Assembly (NCBI GenBank): GCA_043718025.1
Contig: JAYSWN010000114.1
Span: 1 to 10,555, forward strand
From: Pseudomonadota bacterium
GTDB lineage: Bacteria; Bdellovibrionota; FAC87; UBA2466
Direction: 5' to 3'
Length of the DNA stretch: 10,555 nucleotides
Made by a program: the position numbers and the translations under genes. Below are positions 1-7,508 of this stretch, piece after piece. The notes under the pieces are model-generated. The model was not told the origin of the DNA. It searched no databases and saw only the letters and a list, made by a program, of their open reading frames with translations. Within the stretch, counting starts at the first letter, position 1. Each line of letters starts with the position of its first letter.

Positions 1-34
1 GAGGATTGCTTCGGCCTGCGGCCTCGCAAAGACG
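1..34 (-). repeat. CGTC-tagged REP-like palindromic repeat (may continue beyond the window edge)
   Basis: Reverse complement reads CGTCTTTGCGAGGCCGCAGGCCGAAGCAATCCTC, matching the widespread CGTCATTGCGAG...GAAGCAATC extragenic repeat pattern (TTGC...GCAA outer stem, GGCC-GCA-GGCC inner palindrome). Confidence 0.65.
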
Positions 35-49
35 AGAGCGATAAGGCGA

Positions 50-144
50 CCAAAAGGTGCCCATCTACTTTTCAGCTGAAAAGGTCGCGGGTGCGATTCG
101 CACCCGGCACTTTTCCGGCTGAAAAGTAGATGGGCACCTTTTGG
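50..144. repeat. 95-bp long-hairpin element (REPIN/MITE-like); may also terminate the protease-like gene transcript
   Basis: Perfect 27-bp inverted repeat CCAAAAGGTGCCCATCTACTTTTCAGC (50-76) / 118-144, continued by GAAAAG (78-83) / CTTTTC (110-115) and CGGGTGCGA (88-96) / TCGCACCCG (98-106). Lies 6 bp beyond the stop codon at 151. Confidence 0.8.
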
Positions 145-150
145 GGATAT

Positions 151-1815
151 TTAGTTTGAGGTGTTTGGCGAAAGTTTTTCGACCAAGAAGTATTTGCCCT
201 TAATCGTGCGGCCTTCGATCGCAATTGGCACTTCAGAACGTTGGCCCGTCACCATTTTAGTTAACGTGGCCGTACGGCTATCCAAAACCGTGTATTTTCC
301 ACCCATCGCGCTGTTGGCGTAAAGAAACAGATCTTCTTTCACCGAAACATCGCCCTCAATCGCGGCGCGGGGTTTGCGCGCCATGATCGGCAGCACTTCT
401 TTAGAAGCGTCGGAGTAGGTCACGATGATCACCTGATTAAAGCGAAGATCGGTGATGCCCGAATCTTTTTTCACCACGCCGATGCAAACGTTGGCCACTT
501 TGGTTTCGGTGACGACGTTTTCGCCGCAGTAAACGGGCACAATCGCAAAATTGGGGGTTTCTGGACTCACACTATCTTCTACCGAGTAGCTGGTAGTGCA
601 GCTTGCCGAACCATTGGCGTTGGTTACCCGGCCTAAAGCAGTGAAGGTGCCTTTTTGAGCGGGAGTAATAATCCGATTTCCGTTTGGTACGGATACCGTT
701 ACGCCGTCGATCGTGCCACCCGTAGCATTGGTGGAAACCAACGCCAACGTTAGCGATTGGCCCAGCACCACCGATTCAGGGTTGGCGGTCAAAGTGCATT
801 TGGGTTGGAGGGGAGGAGCAATACCGTCTTCAACCGTATAAGTTGCCGAACAACTTCCGGTGCCACCGGGGCCAGTCACTTTACCTGAAGCCGAGAAGGT
901 TCCGACGTTAGTGGCCACCATTGATTTCGTGCCATTCGGAAAATTTACCGCCGCACCATCAATCGTCGCCGAGGTGATGTTGCCCTCACCGAATAGCGAG
1001 AAGACGATGGTCTCCCCTTTTTTAACCAAGCTTGGATTGGCGCTTAGATTACATTTGGGCGCCGGAGGAACTACGCCCCCACCACACTCACCGGTGACGC
1101 CGCAGATTTTTACGCTATTTTGCGTAGCAAAATTTCTTAAGAACGTATCGCTCTCGGGAATGTCGAGGCGCACGCTCCAAGTCATGTCGGTTAAGTTTCC
1201 CTTGGTACTCAAACCCACCAATAGATCTTTGCCGTCTACTTTGGCAAGGGTAGGACCGCCCGTATCGCCAAAGCAAATGGCCGCACCATCGGCTTTGCGC
1301 GAAACCATATCGAAGTTGGCGAAGCCGGTGATTACCGTGCTGCCGATACGCAAGATGCCGTCACTGGTCGGAGTTTCTCCGGGCGCCGGCTTCTTGGTAC
1401 AGCCATAACCCAGTAGTTGGATGCCTAACCCCTGCGAGGCTTTGCCACCAATTGAACCAAAATCAATTCCCGTAACCTCTTCGCTAATTAATCCCAGCGC
1501 CACGTCGTGATCCGACTTAGGAAAATTGTAAATCGGGCTGCGGGTCATTTTGGCAGAATAGGACTTATTGCCGACCTTGAAAGTGGTGGTGCCGCCATTA
1601 GGCACGCAATGAGCCGCAGTGAGTAAAACTTTTGGTCCGACCAAAGAGGCCGAACAAGGAGCCCCATTAGTAGAGATGCTCACTACGTACTGAAAGGTGC
1701 CGGGCGTAACCGGCGTTCCGTTGATAAGTCGCGTGGCAAAAATACTTTGTGACCCAAACACAAGTAGGCCGAGAGCAAGCAGTGAACCTGCTCGGGGAAT
1801 TTTGAGAGAATTCAT
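151..1815 (-). CDS. Secreted trypsin-like (peptidase S1) protein with Thr at the catalytic Ser position, two Ig/PKD-like repeats and an unknown C-terminal domain
   Basis: N-terminal signal peptide followed by R-LINGTP; CSASLVGPKVLLTAAHC (His69), DHDVAL (Asp104), GYGC and ICFGDTGGP motifs; AAGGAG RBS at 1824-1829 on the minus strand. Confidence 0.9.
   Translation of the reverse strand: MNSLKIPRAGSLLALGLLVFGSQSIFATRLINGTPVTPGTFQYVVSISTNGAPCSASLVGPKVLLTAAHCVPNGGTTTFKVGNKSYSAKMTRSPIYNFPKSDHDVALGLISEEVTGIDFGSIGGKASQGLGIQLLGYGCTKKPAPGETPTSDGILRIGSTVITGFANFDMVSRKADGAAICFGDTGGPTLAKVDGKDLLVGLSTKGNLTDMTWSVRLDIPESDTFLRNFATQNSVKICGVTGECGGGVVPPAPKCNLSANPSLVKKGETIVFSLFGEGNITSATIDGAAVNFPNGTKSMVATNVGTFSASGKVTGPGGTGSCSATYTVEDGIAPPLQPKCTLTANPESVVLGQSLTLALVSTNATGGTIDGVTVSVPNGNRIITPAQKGTFTALGRVTNANGSASCTTSYSVEDSVSPETPNFAIVPVYCGENVVTETKVANVCIGVVKKDSGITDLRFNQVIIVTYSDASKEVLPIMARKPRAAIEGDVSVKEDLFLYANSAMGGKYTVLDSRTATLTKMVTGQRSEVPIAIEGRTIKGKYFLVEKLSPNTSN
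574..1059 (-). repeat. Two tandem ~78-aa beta-sandwich-like protein repeats, each bracketed by a Cys pair
   Basis: aa 253-330 PKCNLSANP...TIDG...PNG...GTF.A.G.VT...SCSATYTVED and aa 338-414 PKCTLTANP...TIDG...PNG...GTF.A.G.VT...SCTTSYSVED. Confidence 0.85.
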
Positions 1816-1856
1816 GACGGAGGCTCCTTATAAAATTTTTTAATGCTGTGAGGTCG

Positions 1857-1865
1857 ATATTAGCA
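1857..1865 (-). promoter_or_regulatory. Possible extended -10 element for the protease-like gene
   Basis: TGCTAATAT (TGn + TAATAT) about 40 bp upstream of the ATG; no properly spaced -35 found. Confidence 0.25.
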
Positions 1866-2019
1866 TCGGAGATAGTAGCAAAAGAAACGGAGGATCGGCT
1901 TTGTTATCAGTCGTTAACCAGATTCTTGGTGAGCGGCGCGGCACAAAAGATCAGCGGCCAGGAACAAAAAAAACGAAACTGGTTTTGGGTCGCGATTTAA
2001 ATTTTTGTTAGAGTTTGCG

Positions 2020-4278
2020 TCATTGCGTAATCGTCATCAGCGCCCGCGGGGCCCCACCGGAGCCGCCGCCAGAAAGTTTTGCCGCAACCACATCGCCAAC
2101 ACTCTCACTCGCCGGAGCGCGAAAAGCTTGGCCCACGGAAGCGGTGCGTTTTACTGACGCTGCGTCACATAGAGTCACGGTAACCATTTTGGTTTCGCCG
2201 CAGAAGCCTGCAAAGTTGCCGACATTAGCCATGATGCCCAGGCCACGTAAACGCGTGCCCTTGTTCTCTTTAATCTCTGCCGAAGCTAATCCCATAAATT
2301 TACCGTTCATGATGGGAGGCCCCTTGGGACCAATCATGGGGTCGGTGTTGTCGGCCGCGGGTCCGGCGCCTGCGCCGCCTTCGCCATTGCCAGCGCTCCC
2401 GTACTCGGTGTTGCGCACAAAATTATTGGTACTGCCGCGATCGCCAGCGCCCTCTTCTTGGCCAACGTTAGGCATGGCGCCCAATCCTCCACCGTCACCG
2501 CCCGCGCCTTTTCCTACGGCAGGAACTCCGCCGCCGGCTCCAGAGCCAGGAGGTTCGCTAGGAGACGGATTGCCGCCACCACCGATTAAACTGCCGGCAC
2601 TACCGCCTTTTGGTTGGGCATCGTCGCCATTCGAACGGCGAGAACCTAAGCCCAACGGTTTAGTTCGGCTGCTGCCCGACACGGGTTGATTGCCCGCAAA
2701 ATTGATATTGGGAACGTTGTACTTAAACGGCGCTAAGGCACCGCGATCCGAACTGCGACCCGGATTAGGCCCGGTGCCGCCGATGGGGTTAGCGCCCTCG
2801 CCAACCGGAGCCGCTTTAAATTCACTGAATTTCACCGGGTCACCAAACTTAACCGGTTCGACACCTTTACCACCACCCGCACCACCGCCGGCGCTGCTGC
2901 CACCACCACCGCTCGGGCTGCCACCACCGCCGCCACCGGACTCTGGGTTGGCCGCAATAGGCGCTTCGGGAAATTTGGGATCGGGTTTATTTAATTCGTC
3001 GCGTATCGCCTGACGTTCACGTTGTAGAGTATCTAGCTTCTGCGCGAGCGCCGTTTCCGCGTTACTTAATTTGTCCCAAGCTGCCACCCCGCTACGAGTG
3101 ATTGCTTGGCTTTTTGGAGCAAGTTCATCCACTACAATAGAAGCCGCCTGGCGGTAATAACTCGTGCCTTTATCCGACGCAGTAATTCCTAAATCTAGAT
3201 TCACCTCAGAGAGGTGCCCTTCATTTTGTGTTCTAAATCGGTCGAAGGACCGCCGCAAGCCTTCGGCATTAATACCTTCGGCATTGTCCGCCGTGGCTAA
3301 GGCTCCGGCGATTTCAAATCCGAATCCACGTACCCGGCGGGTAAAGGCAATTGAGATATCATTAGTCGCGGCTGCGATAGCGTCGGCGATCGAGAACAAA
3401 ATTGAGGGAAAAAAATGGGGGATGATTCGCATTGAAGCGCTTTTTTTAACTGCCGTCCCTGCCTTTGATGGTTCAGGAGCAGCATCACTCTTGAATCCCG
3501 CTCCGGCTTGATTTCCCAGTGAAGTCCAAAATTTATCGAAGCATTTTGGGGCGTCGAAACTTTCACCGCAAATTTCTTGCGCGTCCTTCAATTTATCTTT
3601 TTCGGTCAAAGAAGCAAAAGCTCCCACGTCAGAGGGCCGTTTCACCAAATTGGACGCGCGGTCCAGGTTCCGAATCCATTTATCCATTACTTTTTTGGTG
3701 CTGGGATCAATTCGCCCGCCATCGGTATCGAGCGCGATTTCAGATTCTGGCTCTTTCTCCGAAACCGGCATGTCGGCCATTGCTTTAACGGCGTTTGCTT
3801 TCACAACCGCCAGAGAGTCGATTGAAAATTCCTTCGGTTTAACTTTTTCAGTAGTTGACGAAGTTGTAGTCGCCCCTTGCAGAACTAACTTACCTGAATC
3901 TTTAACATCAACCTTAACTGACTTTGATCCTTCGATGATGACGGTGCGGTAGAAACTAGGAAATCCAGAAATCTTTGTGAGAACATCTACGTAGCTGCGG
4001 GCCGCCCTTGCTTCTTGCTCCGCTTTTTCGGCATCTTTTTGCTCAAGGATTTGTCGATTCTGTGCATTTGCTTGGTTAAATTCGGCTCTGCGGCCATCTT
4101 GTTGGTGCTGCAAACGATCCAGCCCGGATTGGGCCTCGCGGCGGCTCTGGTCGCTTATGCCGGCTTTCGCTCCACCGGTAGCGCCGCTCAAACCAGGCGC
4201 AAGCTGTGTGTTTGCCACCGCATTAACCGCGATAGCCGTAGCAAAAAATGTGGTGACGATGAAGTAAAGTGCTCTCAC
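2020..4278 (-). CDS. Secreted hypothetical protein, 752 aa, with helical/coiled-coil segments and a long Gly/Pro/Ser-rich low-complexity C-terminal half
   Basis: Long ORF with GTG start, AAGGGGGG RBS and Sec-type signal peptide (MRALYFIVTTFFATAIAVNAVA); two local Cys pairs; no family recognised. Confidence 0.8.
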   Translation of the reverse strand: MRALYFIVTTFFATAIAVNAVANTQLAPGLSGATGGAKAGISDQSRREAQSGLDRLQHQQDGRRAEFNQANAQNRQILEQKDAEKAEQEARAARSYVDVLTKISGFPSFYRTVIIEGSKSVKVDVKDSGKLVLQGATTTSSTTEKVKPKEFSIDSLAVVKANAVKAMADMPVSEKEPESEIALDTDGGRIDPSTKKVMDKWIRNLDRASNLVKRPSDVGAFASLTEKDKLKDAQEICGESFDAPKCFDKFWTSLGNQAGAGFKSDAAPEPSKAGTAVKKSASMRIIPHFFPSILFSIADAIAAATNDISIAFTRRVRGFGFEIAGALATADNAEGINAEGLRRSFDRFRTQNEGHLSEVNLDLGITASDKGTSYYRQAASIVVDELAPKSQAITRSGVAAWDKLSNAETALAQKLDTLQRERQAIRDELNKPDPKFPEAPIAANPESGGGGGGSPSGGGGSSAGGGAGGGKGVEPVKFGDPVKFSEFKAAPVGEGANPIGGTGPNPGRSSDRGALAPFKYNVPNINFAGNQPVSGSSRTKPLGLGSRRSNGDDAQPKGGSAGSLIGGGGNPSPSEPPGSGAGGGVPAVGKGAGGDGGGLGAMPNVGQEEGAGDRGSTNNFVRNTEYGSAGNGEGGAGAGPAADNTDPMIGPKGPPIMNGKFMGLASAEIKENKGTRLRGLGIMANVGNFAGFCGETKMVTVTLCDAASVKRTASVGQAFRAPASESVGDVVAAKLSGGGSGGAPRALMTITQ

Positions 4279-4335
4279 GACTGTCCCCCCTTACGAAACA
4301 ATCGAACGATGTATTCTGATTCTTCCCTTTTAGTG

Positions 4336-4351
4336 TGCAACCCTAGGGCCG
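4336..4351 (-). promoter_or_regulatory. Candidate sigma-54 (-24/-12) promoter for the 752-aa gene
   Basis: Minus strand CGGCCCTAGGGTTGCA versus consensus TGGCACGNNNNTTGCW: GG and TTGCA present at the correct spacing, about 58 bp upstream of the start codon. Confidence 0.45.
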
Positions 4352-4360
4352 AAATTTTGA

Positions 4361-4381
4361 ACCTGCCCAGGTTGGGCAGGT
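4361..4381. promoter_or_regulatory. Palindrome (operator or hairpin)
   Basis: ACCTGCCCA-GGT-TGGGCAGGT, perfect 9-bp arms. Confidence 0.5.
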
Positions 4382-4419
4382 CGTACAAAATAAATACGGT
4401 GGGTGTGGACCTAAACAAC

Positions 4420-4438
4420 GTGTCTAAGGTTTAGACAC
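4420..4438. promoter_or_regulatory. Palindrome (candidate activator/Fis-like site or hairpin)
   Basis: GTGTCTAA-GGT-TTAGACAC, perfect 8-bp arms; the core GTCTA-N5-TAGAC fits the Fis-type GnnYA-N5-TRnnC pattern. Confidence 0.5.
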
Positions 4439-4497
4439 CGCCGTGGCTATTCCCCTAAAAGTTGATGGTTAAAAAATAGCGGCAGTTTAGGTCGGAC

Positions 4498-4610
4498 GAA
4501 GCTTTAGGCAGAAGAGTTGTCCCCTCGCTAATGCCTCGGCTTTTGGTTTTGCTAAAAAAAGGCTTCGCGCCTGCGGAGGCTTCGCGGACAACTCTTCTGC
4601 CTAAAGCTTC
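4498..4610. repeat. 113-bp element with 25-bp perfect terminal inverted repeats (MITE/REPIN-like or structured RNA)
   Basis: GAAGCTTTAGGCAGAAGAGTTGTCC (4498-4522) / GGACAACTCTTCTGCCTAAAGCTTC (4586-4610) with a 63-bp spacer; no obvious target-site duplication. Confidence 0.75.
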
Positions 4611-4747
4611 TGTTGCCCATCACTTTCGAAAACCAAAGGCACTTTAATTTTGGGGCGAGGACCACCACGTGGGAACTCAACTCAGTGAAAACCGCCCTAC
4701 CGTTGTTCGCGCGTAGGTGGCCCTTCCCCCCAAAGACTTGCCGCTCG

Positions 4748-6202
4748 TCAGTCGAGCGAAACCCAAACTGATTTAACCTGGGTGTACAGCTCAAGCGCGT
4801 ACTTACCCAGCTCTCGCCCGTAACCGCTCTGCTTGAACCCACCAAACGGCGAAGCCGCATCGAAACAGTTGTAACAATTCACCCAGACCGTACCGGCCCT
4901 AATGCTTTTAGCCAGACGGTGAGCCTTGCCAATATCGCGTGTCCAAATGCCGGCCGATAAACCGTATATGGTGTCGTTGGCTTGCCGCGTGAGATCTTCG
5001 GTGCCGCTAAAAGAAATCGCGCACGTGACGGGCCCAAAAATCTCTTCGCGAGCAATCGACATCGAATTTTTAACGTTCGAAAAAACCGTGGGCTGAATGA
5101 AGAAACCTTTGTCTTTTGCGGCCGCCCCACCCGTAAGCACGGTGGCGCCCTCGGCCTTACCTTTTTCAATGTGCCCCAGAATTTTTGTGAACTGCTCTTG
5201 CGAAATCTGAGCCCCCATTTCGGTATTGGGATCTAACGGATCGCCCACCACCAATTTTTCGGTGCGCTCTTTTAGTTTGGCCAAAAAGAGATCGTGAATT
5301 TTGTCTTCGATGAACAGACGCGAACCAGCGCAACAGACTTCGCCCTGGTTAAAAAAGATTCCGCGCATGGCGCCACCAACCGCAGCGTCTACATCGGCGT
5401 CAGCCAGAACAATGTTGGGCGCCTTGCCGCCTAGCTCTAAAGAAACTCGCTTTAAATTTCCGGCCGCCATTCTTTGAATCTCACGCCCCACTTCGGTGGA
5501 ACCGGTGAAGGCAATTTTATCGACCCCGGGGTGCGACGCTAGGGCGGCACCCGCGGTGGGGCCAAAGCCGGGAACAAGGTTCACCACCCCTTTAGGAAAA
5601 CCCGCCTCGATAATCAGCTCGCCCAGACGCAAAGCCGAAAGCGGAGTCTGCTCAGCAGGTTTTAGCACCACCGTACATCCCGTGGCCAACGCCGGGCCCA
5701 GTTTCCAAGCCGCCATCAGTAGCGGAAAATTCCACGGAATGATCTGCCCCACGACACCGGCAGGCTCGCGTAGGGTGTAATTAAAAAATTGCCCGGATAC
5801 GGGGATGGTATCGCCGTGAATTTTGTCGGCAAAACCGGCGTAATATTCAAAGCAGTCGATCGTAAGCGGCAGATCGGCGTTAAGCGTTTCGCGAATGGGT
5901 TTTCCATTGTTTAAGGTTTCTAGCCGCGCCAACTCCTCTTTGTTTTTATCGATCAGGCCCGCCAGTTTATAGATAAGGCGGCCGCGATCGCGGGCCGAAA
6001 TCTTTGCCCACGGGCCGGTCTCAAAAGCTTGTCGAGCGGCAAAAACCGCGGCGTCAACGTCAGCTTTGTCGGCTTCGGCCACGTCGGTGAGCACCTGCTC
6101 GGTGGAGGGGTTAATAACGTTAAAGCGTTTGCCGCTGCGCGCTTCGCACCACTCATTATTGATAAGGAGCTGGCCCGGTTTGATCTTGGCTGACATTTCC
6201 AT
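4748..6202 (-). CDS. NAD(P)+-dependent aldehyde dehydrogenase (ALDH class 1/2-like)
   Basis: IIPWNFP, KPAEQTP, FTGSTEVG, LELGGK (catalytic Glu), FFNQGEVCCAGSR (catalytic Cys), EEIFGP and PFGGFKQSG motifs; GAGGG RBS. Substrate cannot be determined from sequence. Confidence 0.97.
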   Translation of the reverse strand: MEMSAKIKPGQLLINNEWCEARSGKRFNVINPSTEQVLTDVAEADKADVDAAVFAARQAFETGPWAKISARDRGRLIYKLAGLIDKNKEELARLETLNNGKPIRETLNADLPLTIDCFEYYAGFADKIHGDTIPVSGQFFNYTLREPAGVVGQIIPWNFPLLMAAWKLGPALATGCTVVLKPAEQTPLSALRLGELIIEAGFPKGVVNLVPGFGPTAGAALASHPGVDKIAFTGSTEVGREIQRMAAGNLKRVSLELGGKAPNIVLADADVDAAVGGAMRGIFFNQGEVCCAGSRLFIEDKIHDLFLAKLKERTEKLVVGDPLDPNTEMGAQISQEQFTKILGHIEKGKAEGATVLTGGAAAKDKGFFIQPTVFSNVKNSMSIAREEIFGPVTCAISFSGTEDLTRQANDTIYGLSAGIWTRDIGKAHRLAKSIRAGTVWVNCYNCFDAASPFGGFKQSGYGRELGKYALELYTQVKSVWVSLD

Positions 6203-6390
6203 TTAACCCTCACTGCGCCGCGTGATTAACGCGCGTTATTGTCTTGATGGGTTTGACGCTATGGGCAGTTTAGGACCCGCGTCAACTGGGTCAGCGGTCT
6301 TTGTTAACCGTTTGAGTTCACCCGCGGCGCAAGGACTGACACATTTGTTAACGAAGTTACGCTTCAAGCCCCTGCCAGCCGCGCTTCCCA

Positions 6391-6456
6391 GAGACACTAG
6401 TTTAGTAAACGATATAATTGCCCTTAAGAACCCAACTCTTTCTAGCCCCGAGGAGG
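6391..6456 (+). promoter_or_regulatory. Candidate sigma-70 promoter and RBS of the thioredoxin/beta-barrel operon
   Basis: Perfect TATAAT at 6413-6418, weak -35 GAGACA at 6391-6396 (16-bp spacer), GAGGAGG at 6450-6456 before ATG 6461. Confidence 0.5.
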
Positions 6457-6460
6457 CGCG

Positions 6461-6988
6461 ATGACCCCAAGGTTATGGCTGCTGACTTTGTCTAGCATTG
6501 CACTCGTAAGTTGCGGCAGGTACTACGCCGGTGGACAGCCCGCGCGGCCGCCCGCAAATCCGCCGCCCACGGTGATGGTCGAGGGTAAGCGCACCACCCT
6601 TACGGTTTTCGGCGCCGGCTTCTGCACCAAATGCAAAGCGCAATTTCCAGAAATAAACCAATTGCTCTCACAGCTTTCCGCTAAAGAACGCGCCTTGCTC
6701 GACATCAAACTATTTTATGTGGCCGGAGAGCCAAGCAACGTTCGCCCTACGCAAGAGCTGGCTGAGAGTTACCGCGACAACTACTTTCCGCTGGCTCAAC
6801 CCGAACCCGATCTACCTTGGCGCTGGGCAAACTTTAAGCTGATGTTGCCCGGAGTAAAACTTGATGTGCCGGCGGCGGTGGTGAGCGACGAGAACGGGCA
6901 AATTTTAAAGCGCTTTCCGGCCGGAGACACCACTTTTGTTTCTGCAGAAATTTCGTCGTTCGTTGAAGCTCGTCTCAAGGCCCAATAA
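6461..6988 (+). CDS. Thioredoxin-fold lipoprotein (CTKC)
   Basis: Lipobox LVS-C18, Pro-rich tether (PARPPANPPP), beta-strand followed by GAGFCTKC, and a cis-Pro-like DVPAAVVSDENG segment; strong RBS. Confidence 0.85.
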   Translation: MTPRLWLLTLSSIALVSCGRYYAGGQPARPPANPPPTVMVEGKRTTLTVFGAGFCTKCKAQFPEINQLLSQLSAKERALLDIKLFYVAGEPSNVRPTQELAESYRDNYFPLAQPEPDLPWRWANFKLMLPGVKLDVPAAVVSDENGQILKRFPAGDTTFVSAEISSFVEARLKAQ

Positions 6989-7025
6989 AAAACCTGTTCG
7001 CCTTATTTCTAACTGGAGTCACGCC

Positions 7026-7508
7026 ATGCCAAAGTTTCTGACGCTTCTCGCCTTACTGGGAAATGCCGTTGTTTTTTCGGCAACCGTGCCGACGTTTCAG
7101 GCCGAAACGACCGAAGGAAAGTCTTTCTCCCTGAAAGATAAACTCAAAGAAGGCCGGCCGGTACTGATCTCTTTTTGGGCAACCTGGTGTCAGCCTTGTG
7201 TTGATGAACTCAATCATTTAAAAACGCGGCTAAAAAAAGAGACGGCCGGGGTCGACGTGGTGGCCATTAACGTAGACACCTCCGAAACCTCTTCTGATGT
7301 GCGCCCCACGATGCGCCTACATAAGATTGAGTTTCCGGTGATTTTAGACCCCACCCATCAGATATTTTCGAAGTTTAACTCCACTAAGGCCGTGCCTTTT
7401 TCAGTTCTGGTCAGCCCGCAAGGTGAGATTTTACAAACTTATTCAGGCTATAGCGACGAGATGATGAAAAAGCTCGAGTCGTATAACCAGAAAGCAAAGG
7501 GCGGATGA
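7026..7508 (+). CDS. TlpA/ResA-family thiol-disulfide reductase, exported (160 aa)
   Basis: PVLISFWATWCQPC, VVAINVD, FPVILDP and AVPFSVLVSPQG motifs. Start reassigned from 6936 to ATG 7026 because of a GGAG RBS at 7015-7018 and a signal peptide (MPKFLTLLALL). Confidence 0.93.
   Translation: MPKFLTLLALLGNAVVFSATVPTFQAETTEGKSFSLKDKLKEGRPVLISFWATWCQPCVDELNHLKTRLKKETAGVDVVAINVDTSETSSDVRPTMRLHKIEFPVILDPTHQIFSKFNSTKAVPFSVLVSPQGEILQTYSGYSDEMMKKLESYNQKAKGG

Noticed and set aside
860..1408. 182-aa plus-strand ORF and similar short antisense ORFs over ALDH, the barrel gene and korB
   Set aside because: They overlap well-supported genes on the opposite strand or in another frame and have no independent support.
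2015..3013. Pro-rich plus-strand ORFs (224 aa and 107 aa)
   Set aside because: They are antisense shadows of the Gly-rich codons of the 752-aa gene, with no RBS or recognisable motifs.
4600..4640. Minus-strand TCGAAAGTGATGGG resembling part of a c-di-GMP-I riboswitch
   Set aside because: The GGCAAA...GACGCAAAG framework and the required stems are missing.
4652..4722. GTAG-tagged REP-like fragments (CGCCCTAC...GTAGG)
   Set aside because: Arms are only 5-6 bp and degenerate, so they cannot be distinguished from chance without genome context.
4552..4860. 102-aa minus-strand ORF as a possible transposase remnant
   Set aside because: It overlaps the ALDH 3' end, runs through the palindromic element and has no transposase motifs.
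6222..6464. 80-aa ORF overlapping the lipoprotein start (ATGA)
   Set aside because: No RBS or protein-like features, and it spans the probable promoter (TATAAT at 6413).
6936..7025. 30-aa N-terminal extension of TlpA given by the ORF track
   Set aside because: It overlaps the upstream gene; ATG 7026 has an RBS and begins a signal peptide.
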